From an uncultured Tangfeifania sp. (GTDB taxonomy: Bacteria; Bacteroidota; Bacteroidia; Bacteroidales; Prolixibacteraceae), in assembly GCA_964443035.1 (NCBI GenBank), contig CAYUBV010000003.1, positions 1-35,561 of the forward strand: 35,561 bases of DNA, written 5' to 3'. Of the stretch, positions 26,097-35,561 are shown in pieces. The notes beneath the pieces were generated by a model that worked only from the letters and a program-made list of their open reading frames with translations, was not told the origin of the DNA and made no database searches. Both the position numbers and the translations under genes were made by a program. Numbering within the stretch: position 1 is the first letter of the stretch; each line of letters begins with the position of its first letter.

Positions 26097-26106
26097 ATAG
26101 TGAAAA

Positions 26107-27288
26107 TTATGATTGACCTAATTTCTCGAGCATCTCATTGTACTTATCCATCATTTGTAACCGGTAGTACAAATTTTTCAGAGATTCCATTGTCATGTTA
26201 TCATCCGGCTTAAGCTCGTAACATTTTTCCATGTACGGCAAAGCTTGTTTAAACCACTTGTCGGCTTTTGCCAGTTCTTCTTCATAGCGTTCGTTCTGGC
26301 TGGTCGGAATATCATTTGCCACCTGTATTTGCTGAACTCCTTTGTTGTAGTAGAGCGCACCTATATTATAGTTGGCATCGAAATAATCAGACTTTCTCTC
26401 AATTGCATTTTCATATGCTTCAATTGCTTCTTCCTCCTGCTCCATTGTTTCATGGAGTGTTCCTTTGGCAAAATAATAAGTTGCATTTTCCGGATCCTGC
26501 TTAATAGCTAAATCAAGGTAAGACATCGCCTCTTCCGTTTTTTTGAGATCGAGGTAAATCTGAATCATGCTGGTAAGCACATTGTTGTCTTCCGGATATT
26601 CTTCAAAACCTTCCTGAAGTACTTCCAGGGCGCCGACTGTATCGCCTTTTAGCTGGTAAGCGTTGGCCATTAAACTGTAAGTTCTTGCGCCGCCGTAGCC
26701 ATGTTCTGCAGCTTCACCGTAATAATCAATTGCTTTGTCGTAATCCTCTGAATTGTAGGCAGCCAAACCTGCGTTGAATATAATAACGGTATCGACAAGG
26801 TCCGGATTATCCTGCTTAATGACATCTATTTCATTGATTTCAAGAATACTTTCGAATGATTCCAGTGCCTTTTCGTAATTCTGCTCTTCAAAAGCTTCAA
26901 CCGCCTGATTTGTAAAATCATTTGTAAGCAGGGTAAGTTTCACTTTTACACTGTTTTCGAACTTGCCTTCTTCATCCAGTTTCAGCGCTTTTTGGTAAGA
27001 ATCCAAAGCTTCCGACAACGGACTGACAACTAATTCTTTAACCTCTTGATCTTCAGATTGGTAAATGGACTGATAAATTTCTCCCCTGACTTCCCATGTG
27101 CGCGGCCAGTTGATTGTTTTCTCTGCATCTTCGTTGCTGGGATCGATAGCGTCATCAATTGTTTCCAACGCTTCTTTAAGTTTACCTGTATCTTTCAGAT
27201 TTTGTGAACTGGTAACTTTTGTTCTTGGCGAACAGGCTGCCAAAACTATTAAAATTGCCAGGTTCAAAAGAATAATCGTTTTTTTCAT
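26107..27288 (-). CDS. Tetratricopeptide-repeat lipoprotein
   Basis: Lipobox LAAC; several TPR-like units (YFAKGTLHETM..EEEAIEAYENAIE, ANYNIGALYYNKG). Downstream of gyrA. Confidence 0.85.
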   Translation of the reverse strand: MKKTIILLNLAILIVLAACSPRTKVTSSQNLKDTGKLKEALETIDDAIDPSNEDAEKTINWPRTWEVRGEIYQSIYQSEDQEVKELVVSPLSEALDSYQKALKLDEEGKFENSVKVKLTLLTNDFTNQAVEAFEEQNYEKALESFESILEINEIDVIKQDNPDLVDTVIIFNAGLAAYNSEDYDKAIDYYGEAAEHGYGGARTYSLMANAYQLKGDTVGALEVLQEGFEEYPEDNNVLTSMIQIYLDLKKTEEAMSYLDLAIKQDPENATYYFAKGTLHETMEQEEEAIEAYENAIERKSDYFDANYNIGALYYNKGVQQIQVANDIPTSQNERYEEELAKADKWFKQALPYMEKCYELKPDDNMTMESLKNLYYRLQMMDKYNEMLEKLGQS

Positions 27289-27378
27289 TTCTATTTCTTT
27301 TTAAAATTTAATTTGTACAAAAATATTACGAATAAAAGTTTAATTCAAATTACGCTTTAAAATTATTACAATTTATTC

Positions 27379-29895
27379 TTATTCTAATTTATTATCATCG
27401 TTATCATTATCATCACCGGATAAATCCTCTTCTTCAATTTCTTCAATTTTATCTTTGGCTTCATTCACTACCCTGGCCACAGATGCAATACTATCATCAT
27501 CTTTCAGATTTATGAGTCTGACTCCCTGGGTAGCACGCCCCAACAGTGAGATAGAATTTACGGCCAACCGGATAGTCAGGCCATGTTGTGTGATAATCAT
27601 CAGGTCGTTATCGTCAGATACACTTTTAATGGTAATGAGGCTTCCGGTTTTTTCCGTTACATTAATGGTTTTCACACCTTTTCCTCCCCTGTTGGTTACC
27701 CTGTAATCTTCAATTTTGGAACGTTTGCCGTAACCGTTTTCAGAAATTACAAGAATATCTTCGTTGCCATTTTGTACACAAACCATGCCAACCACTTCAT
27801 CTTTATCGTCTTTCAGCCTAATGCCCCGAACACCTGAGGCGGTTCGTCCCATTGCCCTGACGTTCGATTCGTGGAACCGGATAGCTTTTCCTGAACGGCC
27901 GGCCAGCATTATTTCACTGTCGCCGTTGGTGAGGCGTGCTTCAAGCAACTCGTCGCCATCCCTGATGGAAATAGCATTTACACCATTCTGGCGTGGCCGT
28001 GAATAGGCTTCCAGTTTTGTTTTTTTGATAACTCCTTTTTTGGTAGCCAGCAAAATATGATTGTTGTTGATAAAATCCACATCCGAGAGCGTTTTTACAC
28101 GGATATATGTCAACACTTTATCATCTGGGCTGATATTCAAAATATTTTGCATGGCGCGTCCACGGGAGGTTCGTGTTCCTTCAGGAATTTCATAAACCTT
28201 CATCCAGTAGCATTTCCCGTTTTTGGTGAAAAGCAACAGGGTATTATGCATTGAGCCAATGAAAATATGTTCCAGGAAATCTTCATTGCGGGTAGCACCT
28301 CCGCGTGAACCAACGCCTCCCCTGCCCTGTGTGCGGAATTCAGAAAGCGGGGTGCGCTTAATGTAGCCAAGGTGCGATATGGTAATTACCATGTCTTCAT
28401 CGGCATAAAAATCTTCAGGATTGAATTCCTCGGCATTTGGAACAATCTCGGTACGCCGCTCGTCGCCAAATTTATTTTTAATTTCTTCCAGTTCTTCTTT
28501 GATGATATCCATTCGAAGCGATTCATCAGCCAATACTTTTTTATAGTATTCTATTTGCTGCATTATTTCATCGAACTCTTTGCGGAGTTTATCCTGCTCC
28601 AGACCGGTTAACTGTCTCAGGCGCATATCAACAATGGCACGCGACTGAACCTCAGATAATTCGAAACGCTCTATCAATCTCTCACGAGCTTCGTCGGGAG
28701 TAGAAGAACTGCGGATAATTGCAATTACTTCATCTAAATTATCGCTGGCAATAATCAGTCCTTCCAAAACATGGGCACGTTTTTCAGCCTGTTCAAGCTC
28801 ATATTGGGTGCGGCGGGTAACCACTTCGTGTCTGTGGCTTACGAAATGACGAATTAAATCTTTCAGGTTCAGCATTTTAGGCCGACCGCCCACCAATGCA
28901 ATACTGTTTACGCTGAATGAAGTTTGCAATGCGGTGTACTTATACAATTTATTAAGCACCACATTGCTCATGGCATCTCTTTTTAAATCGTATACAACAC
29001 GCATTCCGTCCCTGCCCGATTCGTCATTCACATTGGAAATACCCTCAATTTTTTTCTCATTAACAAGGTCGGCTGTTTTCTGTATCATCTCGGCCCGGTT
29101 AACGAGGTAAGGTATTTCAGTAACAATAATTTTTTCCCTGTTACCTTCATTTTCAATGTGGGCCTTTGCGCGCACTACAATACGCCCGCGACCGGTTTCA
29201 TAAGCATCAACAACACCCTGGTAACCATAAATTATACCTCCGGTAGGAAAATCGGGTGCTTTAATTATTTCAATTAGTTCTGCAATTTCAATATCCTTAT
29301 CGTCGATATATGCCACGATGGCACTAATTGTGTCAGTTAAATTGTGCGGAGGCATATTGGTAGCCATCCCGACCGCAATTCCCGATGTTCCGTTGATCAA
29401 CAATTGCGGAATCCGGGTAGGAAGCACCACCGGCTCAGTTAACGATTCATCGAAGTTTGGTTGAAAATCGACGGTATTCTTATCTATATCAGAAAGTGTT
29501 TCTTCGGCCATTTTTGACATTCTGGCTTCTGTGTAACGCATGGCTGCCGGGCTGTCGCCGTCTACCGAGCCAAAGTTTCCCTGTCCGTCTATCATCGGAT
29601 AACGCAGCGACCAGGTTTGCGCCATTCTGACCATTGTAAAATACACCGACGAGTCGCCATGGGGGTGATATTTACCCAAAACTTCCCCAACAATTCTGGC
29701 TGATTTTTTATAGGACCGGTTCGACAAAATTCCAAGGTCATACATTCCGTAAAGAACCCTTCGGTGAACAGGTTTAAAACCATCGCGCACATCGGGTAAA
29801 GCGCGTGAAACAATAACCGACATTGAATAGTCGATGTATGCAGATTTCATCTGCTCCTCGATGTTTATTTTTATAATCCTTTCTCCTTCGCTCAT
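27379..29895 (-). CDS. gyrA: DNA gyrase subunit A
   Basis: [33 protein letters not shown] catalytic Tyr, GyrA-box-like QGRGGVG, C-terminal pinwheel repeats and an acidic tail. Confidence 0.98.
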   Translation of the reverse strand: MSEGERIIKINIEEQMKSAYIDYSMSVIVSRALPDVRDGFKPVHRRVLYGMYDLGILSNRSYKKSARIVGEVLGKYHPHGDSSVYFTMVRMAQTWSLRYPMIDGQGNFGSVDGDSPAAMRYTEARMSKMAEETLSDIDKNTVDFQPNFDESLTEPVVLPTRIPQLLINGTSGIAVGMATNMPPHNLTDTISAIVAYIDDKDIEIAELIEIIKAPDFPTGGIIYGYQGVVDAYETGRGRIVVRAKAHIENEGNREKIIVTEIPYLVNRAEMIQKTADLVNEKKIEGISNVNDESGRDGMRVVYDLKRDAMSNVVLNKLYKYTALQTSFSVNSIALVGGRPKMLNLKDLIRHFVSHRHEVVTRRTQYELEQAEKRAHVLEGLIIASDNLDEVIAIIRSSSTPDEARERLIERFELSEVQSRAIVDMRLRQLTGLEQDKLRKEFDEIMQQIEYYKKVLADESLRMDIIKEELEEIKNKFGDERRTEIVPNAEEFNPEDFYADEDMVITISHLGYIKRTPLSEFRTQGRGGVGSRGGATRNEDFLEHIFIGSMHNTLLLFTKNGKCYWMKVYEIPEGTRTSRGRAMQNILNISPDDKVLTYIRVKTLSDVDFINNNHILLATKKGVIKKTKLEAYSRPRQNGVNAISIRDGDELLEARLTNGDSEIMLAGRSGKAIRFHESNVRAMGRTASGVRGIRLKDDKDEVVGMVCVQNGNEDILVISENGYGKRSKIEDYRVTNRGGKGVKTINVTEKTGSLITIKSVSDDNDLMIITQHGLTIRLAVNSISLLGRATQGVRLINLKDDDSIASVARVVNEAKDKIEEIEEEDLSGDDNDNDDNKLE

Positions 29896-29944
29896 TTGTA
29901 TCTTTCTTCTGTTTATAAAAAATAATGTCGTGAAAAACGACCCA

Positions 29945-29952
29945 CAAAAATA
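29945..29952 (-). promoter_or_regulatory. -7 box (TATTTTTG) upstream of gyrA
   Basis: Plus-strand CAAAAATA, 49 bp upstream of ATG 29895. Confidence 0.55.
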
Positions 29953-30103
29953 GTAAAATCATCTGTCAAAAGGGCATAATTTTACTGGTTTTAAAGAAAT
30001 GAAAACAGTAAGATATTAACAAATTAACTGTGAGCAAATCAGAAAGCTTCACAATTATTAAAAACTTCAGGCTTAATTATTGAATTAACTATGCGTTTTT
30101 AAC

Positions 30104-30111
30104 TAATTTCG
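30104..30111 (+). promoter_or_regulatory. Variant -7 box (TAATTTCG) upstream of clpC
   Basis: One mismatch to TAnnTTTG, 52 bp upstream of ATG 30164. Confidence 0.35.
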
Positions 30112-30163
30112 TGGTTCAACATTTAGGAATAGTATTTGTTGAATATGATGAAAAATTAAATAT

Positions 30164-32692
30164 ATGGATTCTCAATTTTCACCAAGAATAAAAGATATAA
30201 TAGGTTACAGCCGCGAAGAAGCAATAAGGCTGGGAAATGATTATATTGGGCAAGAGCATCTTTTCCTCGGAATTTTAAGAGATGGCGAAGGGATTGCTAC
30301 TGATATACTTGAAAATTTAGGTGTAAATTTGGCAGAGATTAAGCAACTGATTGAAAAAAAGGTCAAAACAGAAAAATCAGTTGATGACAAATCTGATCTT
30401 TCGATGTTGAAAGCTGCTGAGAAAACACTCAAATTGATATACCTCGAAGCCCGTTCATTTAAAAGCCCCACTGCAAACAGTGGCCACCTGTTATTAGCGA
30501 TTTTAAAAGACAGTAATAATATTGTAACCCAGGTTTTAGTTGAATTTGGCGTAAATTACTACATTGTAAAATCACAAATGAAAGACTACAAAGGACCTGA
30601 AGCCAAGTCTGATTTCCCCGACAGCGAGGATGAAGAAGCCCCCGGAGCTTTTTCGAGAGGCCCCGGCGGACAAGGACCGAAAAAAAGTTCGGCGCCAAAA
30701 TCGGACACCCCGGTACTCGATAATTTTGGAATAGATATTACCAAACTGGCAGAAGAAAACAACCTCGACCCGATTGTCGGGCGTGAGCGCGAAATTGAAC
30801 GATTGGCTCAAATACTCAGCCGCCGGAAAAAGAATAACCCGATTTTGATTGGAGAACCGGGAGTTGGTAAATCCGCCATTGCTGAAGGGTTGGCATTACG
30901 CATAATCGGGAAAAAAGTCTCGCGTATTCTTTTTGACAAACGCGTGGTAAGTCTCGACATCGCTTCAATTGTTGCCGGTACCAAGTACCGCGGCCAGTTT
31001 GAAGAGCGGATGAAAGCCATTCTGAATGAGCTTACCAAAGTAAATAATGTCATTTTGTTTATCGATGAGATTCACACCATTGTGGGTGCGGGAGGCGCAA
31101 CGGGTTCACTCGATGCAGCCAATATGCTCAAACCGGCACTGGCACGCGGAGACATTCAGTGCATCGGTGCAACCACTCTGGATGAATACCGTCAGCATAT
31201 TGAAAAAGACGGAGCGCTTGAAAGACGATTCCAGAAAGTAATGATTGAACCGACTTCTGTGGATGAAACGTTTGAAATTCTGAACAATATCAAAAGCCGG
31301 TACGAAGATCACCACAATGTAACGTTTACACCCGAAGCGCTGAATGCCTGTGTGAAATTAACCGCACGGTATATTTCCGACAGGTATTTGCCCGACAAGG
31401 CAATTGATGCTTTGGATGAATCCGGTTCGCGTGTGCACATAGCAAATATTAATGTGCCCGACCGAATTGTTAAACTGGAAGAAAAAATTGAACAAACCAA
31501 GGAAGAGAAAATTTCGGCAGTAAAAAGCCAGAACTTTGAACTGGCAGCCAGTTTCAGAGACAAGGAAAAAAATCTTCTCCAGTTGCTCGATAAAGAAAAA
31601 GAAAACTGGGAAAAAGAGCTGATAAATCACCGCGAAATAGTTGATGAAGAAAAAGTAGCCGAAGTGGTTGCCATGATGTCCGGAGTTCCGGTTCAGCGAA
31701 TTGCACAAGCCGAAGGAAAGCGCCTGATGGGCATGGAAAAAGACCTGAAGAAAAGGGTTGTCGGCCAGGAGGATGCAATTAAGAAAATTGTAAAAGCAAT
31801 TCAGCGAAACAGGGCCGGACTGAAAGATCCGAACCGGCCAATTGGTTCATTTATTTTCCTGGGGCCAACAGGCGTGGGTAAAACACAGCTTGCCAAAGTG
31901 CTGACAACTTACCTGTTCGACAATATCGATTCATTGATACGCATCGATATGAGCGAATACATGGAGAAATTCTCTGTATCACGATTGGTAGGTGCTCCTC
32001 CTGGATATGTTGGTTACGAAGAAGGCGGACAACTCACCGAAAAAGTGCGTAGAAAACCTTATTCTGTTGTGCTTCTCGACGAGATGGAAAAAGCACACCC
32101 CGATGTTTTTCATATTTTGCTCCAATTGCTCGATGAAGGTCAGCTTACCGACAGCCTCGGCAGAAAAATTGATTTTAAAAATACAATCATAATAATGACA
32201 TCCAACATCGGGACACGGCAGTTGAAAGATTTTGGACGCGGAGTTGGTTTTACTATCGGCAAAGGCGCCGAATCGGAAAACGAACATACGAAGTACGTTA
32301 TTCAGAAGGCATTGAAAAAGGCTTTCGCTCCCGAGTTCCTTAATCGTATCGACGATGTAGTTACCTTTAATCAGCTTGATAAAGATCATATCCACAGCAT
32401 TATCGATATCGAAATTAAAGACCTGTATGAACGTGTTGAAGCACTGAATTACAAGTTGAAAATTTCACCGGCAGCCAAAGATTTCATTGCCGAAAAAGGA
32501 TATGATCCACAGTTTGGAGCCCGTCCGCTTAAGAGAGCGATTCAGAAATACCTGGAAGATGAAATGGCGGAGATTATTATTAAGGCTTCGATTACCGAAG
32601 GAGATACCATTTCAGTCGGGTTCGACAAAAAGAACGAAAAACTGAAGATTCGAATTCTTTCGCATAAGAAAGAAACAAGTGATAAAGAATAA
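30164..32692 (+). CDS. clpC: ATP-dependent Clp protease ATP-binding subunit ClpC
   Basis: Clp-N repeats, two AAA+ modules (GEPGVGKS/FIDEIH and GPTGVGKT/LLDEMEK), a short UVR-type middle domain and a VGF ClpP-docking loop. Confidence 0.95.
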   Translation: MDSQFSPRIKDIIGYSREEAIRLGNDYIGQEHLFLGILRDGEGIATDILENLGVNLAEIKQLIEKKVKTEKSVDDKSDLSMLKAAEKTLKLIYLEARSFKSPTANSGHLLLAILKDSNNIVTQVLVEFGVNYYIVKSQMKDYKGPEAKSDFPDSEDEEAPGAFSRGPGGQGPKKSSAPKSDTPVLDNFGIDITKLAEENNLDPIVGREREIERLAQILSRRKKNNPILIGEPGVGKSAIAEGLALRIIGKKVSRILFDKRVVSLDIASIVAGTKYRGQFEERMKAILNELTKVNNVILFIDEIHTIVGAGGATGSLDAANMLKPALARGDIQCIGATTLDEYRQHIEKDGALERRFQKVMIEPTSVDETFEILNNIKSRYEDHHNVTFTPEALNACVKLTARYISDRYLPDKAIDALDESGSRVHIANINVPDRIVKLEEKIEQTKEEKISAVKSQNFELAASFRDKEKNLLQLLDKEKENWEKELINHREIVDEEKVAEVVAMMSGVPVQRIAQAEGKRLMGMEKDLKKRVVGQEDAIKKIVKAIQRNRAGLKDPNRPIGSFIFLGPTGVGKTQLAKVLTTYLFDNIDSLIRIDMSEYMEKFSVSRLVGAPPGYVGYEEGGQLTEKVRRKPYSVVLLDEMEKAHPDVFHILLQLLDEGQLTDSLGRKIDFKNTIIIMTSNIGTRQLKDFGRGVGFTIGKGAESENEHTKYVIQKALKKAFAPEFLNRIDDVVTFNQLDKDHIHSIIDIEIKDLYERVEALNYKLKISPAAKDFIAEKGYDPQFGARPLKRAIQKYLEDEMAEIIIKASITEGDTISVGFDKKNEKLKIRILSHKKETSDKE

Positions 32693-32695
32693 ATC

Positions 32696-32722
32696 AAAAG
32701 CCCGGTTAACCGGGCTTTTTTT
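32696..32722. terminator. Bidirectional terminator between clpC and the phosphatase gene
   Basis: Perfect 24-bp palindrome AAAAGCCCGGTTAACCGGGCTTTT followed by extra T, lying between convergent stop codons. Confidence 0.88.
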
Positions 32723-34616
32723 ATTTATTATATTCTATAACAAACACACAAATATCATCGCTTTGCGGTGTATCTCCAATGTAAATTTCCAGGCTTTTTT
32801 CAATTTGTTTCACCAGTTTTTCAGGGCCAAGTTCTTTTAAAGAAACCAGGTTTTCCTTAAACTGATCTGTACCGAACTGCATTCTGTTTTTGTTAAGCAA
32901 TTCGTTAACTCCATCGGTATAAAGAATGATTTTATCTCCGCTTTCAATTTCAATTTTTGAATCTTTATACTTTTTGTCGGTATACAAACCAAGTGGCAAG
33001 CCATGTGTTTGATTGAGTTCAGTTAAACTCCCGTCTTTTTTAAGAATGAAGGAGATAGTATGCGCAGCATTGCAGTAATTTAACTCCCCCTTTTTTACGT
33101 TGAGAATACCTAAAAACAAGGTAACAAAAAACTGATGTATGTTATTGGTGCACAAATCATGATTGGATTTACTTACAATGTTTTTGGCCTTTTTAAACGA
33201 TGCATTGTTTCTGATAATGGTTTGGGCAATACTCATAAAAATAGCTGCCGGAACACCTTTCCCTGAAACATCGCCTATGGTGAAAACCAGATTTTCGTCA
33301 TCCGTGAAAAAATAATCGAATAAATCGCCGCTAACTACCCGGGCCGGTTTGTAAAGTGCGTATAAATTAATATCATCCCTGTCGGGAAAAGCGGGGAAAT
33401 CAGTTTTTATCAAACTCTGTTGAATTTCCGAAGCCTGCATTAAATCCTGTCTCCGCCGGTGGCTTTTTAATTCTTCCTGCTCCTGTGTTATCTTGTATTT
33501 TTCAAACCATAATTTCAGGTAATTCAGGCTGTCGGCTACTTGTTTTACTTCATTTTTTGTTGATTGTTTTGCGCCTGGCCTGCTTAATTTGTTCAATTGC
33601 CCGGTAACTGAACTCAGTGGTTGAATCAGGCGGTTTGATATATAGGTAATGATAAAATAGATGATAATTATTCCGATTACTGCGAAAAACAGCATTCGCA
33701 AAGTCTCAACATAAAGCTCACTAAACAATTCGTTATAGGGCACTATAAATATCAGAATCCATCGGTTGTTATTGGTGGGTGCGTAATAAACCCAGCTTTT
33801 ATCATAATCCAAAATTTCAGGATATGCAATTGTTGAGCCGGCTTCATTATCGTTCAGAATTTCTGTGACAGAATTTTTCTGCTGATCAACTACTTTTTCA
33901 GAAAGGTTGTACAGATTTTGGTTGAGTATAAAATCCGGGTTTGGGTGAGTAATGTAATCGCCGTTTTTATTCACTATAAACGCATAGCCGTTTTGTCCGA
34001 AATCCATTTGGTTGATTGTTTCATTCATTTCCGACAACGATAATTCACAATAAACCAACCCAACGGGTTCGTTATTTTCATTTTCAGCATTTACCGGACA
34101 ATAATAAGCAACTGCAATATTGTTCTTTTTTTCTCCACACCGGTAGGGCTCTGTCCAGTTTTTACCTTCTGATTTATGAATCCGTTGAAAAATTTCCTGT
34201 TTCTTCGGGCAGTTGTAAATCAATTCCTCACTTTCGTCATAAACTACATCTCCCCCACTTCTGCCGGCATAAAAATACCGGGAATCACTTACATTTGCTG
34301 AATCAATAAAAACATGAACTGCATTGATAAACGGATATTTTTCCAATACCATTGTAAGCAGTTTATCAACATCATCGTTTTGATTATAATAAACTACCTG
34401 CTCCGAAATATTTAGAGTTATTTCGCGTGTAACAGTAACATTTTTAGTGATTACCCCGTTAATTTTCGAACTCATGCCGATGGCACGATTTTCTAAATTT
34501 TCGCGAAGCAACCTCTGATTAAAAAAATAGGAAGCAATTATAAATATTATAAAAACTCCTATTACTGCAAGCGAAATATAAATACTTAACTTGTACGCAA
34601 TTGATTTATCAAACAT
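32721..34616 (-). CDS. Membrane sensor phosphatase: TM, dCache-like, TM, short HAMP, SpoIIE/RsbU PP2C domain
   Basis: Two TMs flank a WTEPY...GYAFIVNKNGDYITHP Cache region; PP2C motifs SGDLFD, GDVSGKG, YTDG and DDI. Confidence 0.9.
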   Translation of the reverse strand: MFDKSIAYKLSIYISLAVIGVFIIFIIASYFFNQRLLRENLENRAIGMSSKINGVITKNVTVTREITLNISEQVVYYNQNDDVDKLLTMVLEKYPFINAVHVFIDSANVSDSRYFYAGRSGGDVVYDESEELIYNCPKKQEIFQRIHKSEGKNWTEPYRCGEKKNNIAVAYYCPVNAENENNEPVGLVYCELSLSEMNETINQMDFGQNGYAFIVNKNGDYITHPNPDFILNQNLYNLSEKVVDQQKNSVTEILNDNEAGSTIAYPEILDYDKSWVYYAPTNNNRWILIFIVPYNELFSELYVETLRMLFFAVIGIIIIYFIITYISNRLIQPLSSVTGQLNKLSRPGAKQSTKNEVKQVADSLNYLKLWFEKYKITQEQEELKSHRRRQDLMQASEIQQSLIKTDFPAFPDRDDINLYALYKPARVVSGDLFDYFFTDDENLVFTIGDVSGKGVPAAIFMSIAQTIIRNNASFKKAKNIVSKSNHDLCTNNIHQFFVTLFLGILNVKKGELNYCNAAHTISFILKKDGSLTELNQTHGLPLGLYTDKKYKDSKIEIESGDKIILYTDGVNELLNKNRMQFGTDQFKENLVSLKELGPEKLVKQIEKSLEIYIGDTPQSDDICVFVIEYNK

Positions 34617-34679
34617 TCCCCTTCTTTCTCTGTCCTGTTATACTAATTTACAATTTAAGGAATATTTTTTAAAGTTCCC

Positions 34680-35552
34680 TCACAATTTGAAATTTAACCA
34701 TTCCCTGGTTCCCTTGAATTTACAGGAAAAAGTAGCCAATCCCGAAGCGGATTTCAGGGCGCTTAAAAAGTTAAAACCCGAAGAAAGATAATAATAGCAA
34801 AATGCACCGTGCAAAACATCACCTGCTCCAAGCGTATCAACAACTTCAGCAGTATTTACCTTCACTTCTCCCCTACCCGTTTCTGTAGTATACAAAATGC
34901 TTTTACCGCCCCTGGAAACTGCCGATTTTTGAATTCCCGCATCTTTACAATATTGAAATAACGAATCGATATCAAAAATACCCGGTGGAAAAAAATCGGA
35001 TGAACAAATTACAACGTCGGATAGCGGGATTAACTCTGAATACTGCGGTTTCCAGCTTCCTCCGTCAATAATCACCGGAATGTTTCTTTGTTTTGCGAGT
35101 CTGGCACATTCAATACTGAATTCGGGATAAAATCCATCCAGCAACAAAACTTGTGGTTTTAATTTATCAAAAAGATATTCGGAAGAAACTGACGGTGTTA
35201 TCTTGTCCGGATTGTACGTAAAAATAGTTCGTTCGCCATTATTTTCTGAAGTTATTACAGATGCAATTACCGGGTTCTTCGGCTGGTTTTCAGTTAAATC
35301 GAAATGACGGATTCCGGCAGATTTAAAATCATTTTTCGCAAAGTCTGAAAACGGATTGCTGCCAATTGCTGATGATAGAAAAGCCTCATTGTTTAAATAG
35401 GAAAAAGCAACGGCTGCATTGGTTGCCGGTCCGCCGGGAATAATTTTTGGAGGCGCTGTTTTTACTTTTTTATTCGATGAAGGAAATACATCGACAAAAT
35501 ACTGAATGTCAATTGTGGTAAGACCGACAAAAAGACCCCGAAAATGATTCAT
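34680..35552 (-). CDS. PfkB-family carbohydrate kinase
   Basis: GGPATNAA and VDTLGAGDVLHGAF motifs; substrate unknown. Confidence 0.92.
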   Translation of the reverse strand: MNHFRGLFVGLTTIDIQYFVDVFPSSNKKVKTAPPKIIPGGPATNAAVAFSYLNNEAFLSSAIGSNPFSDFAKNDFKSAGIRHFDLTENQPKNPVIASVITSENNGERTIFTYNPDKITPSVSSEYLFDKLKPQVLLLDGFYPEFSIECARLAKQRNIPVIIDGGSWKPQYSELIPLSDVVICSSDFFPPGIFDIDSLFQYCKDAGIQKSAVSRGGKSILYTTETGRGEVKVNTAEVVDTLGAGDVLHGAFCYYYLSSGFNFLSALKSASGLATFSCKFKGTREWLNFKL

Positions 35553-35561
35553 TTAATATCA

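Noticed and set aside
29630..29670. GyrA QRDR reads GDSSVYF (Phe at the E. coli 87 position)
   Set aside because: This matches the native Bacteroidales-type sequence and Ser83 is intact, so it is not evidence of acquired quinolone resistance.
11041..30060. ACAATTATT recurring in intergenic regions (11041, 11067, 25796, 30051) as a shared regulon motif
   Set aside because: Low-complexity AT-rich word with inconsistent position relative to promoters; it cannot be separated from chance by eye.
1142..34878. E. coli-type KOPS octamers (GGGNAGGG) at 1142 (+) and 28320, 29010, 34871 (-) all point towards the dif-like site
   Set aside because: Only four hits from a manual scan, all in coding sequence and close to chance expectation, and I do not know that Bacteroidota FtsK reads this motif. 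A genome-wide skewed-octamer analysis would be needed.
1..35561. CRISPR array, tRNA/rRNA, IS element or defence island
   Set aside because: No regularly spaced DNA repeats, cloverleafs, transposases or nuclease/toxin genes were seen, and intergenic gaps are all under 360 bp.

Overview
Core-chromosome segment of a Bacteroidota bacterium, probably Bacteroidales/Marinilabiliales-like. This is inferred from repeated TAnnTTTG -7 promoter boxes, largely SD-less A-rich starts, and the ftsK-lolA, pyk-aroQ/xerD and TPR-gyrA/clpC gene orders. I support 23 CDS: an edge-truncated ornithine carbamoyltransferase missed by the ORF track, carbamate kinase, ftsK, lolA-like, pyk, aroQ, xerD, pckA, a TIGR01777 epimerase, two tandem ClC-CBS proteins, a Tat-exported glycosylasparaginase, a repeat-plus-GH16-like protein, a patatin/beta-barrel protein, YitT, GH92, TonB/TolA-like, exbD, exbB, a TPR lipoprotein, gyrA, clpC, a Cache-HAMP-PP2C phosphatase and a PfkB kinase. 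I found no CRISPR, tRNA/rRNA, IS element or prophage. The best leads are: (1) a signal-less protein made of ~72-aa helical repeats fused to a GH16-like domain that lacks the catalytic motif; (2) a tandem pair of divergent ClC genes with His/Val at key pore positions and unusually similar CBS tails, a possible heterodimeric ClC; (3) a dif-like Xer site in an otherwise unexplained 358-bp intergenic gap. Family calls come from motif recognition by eye, not from database searches.
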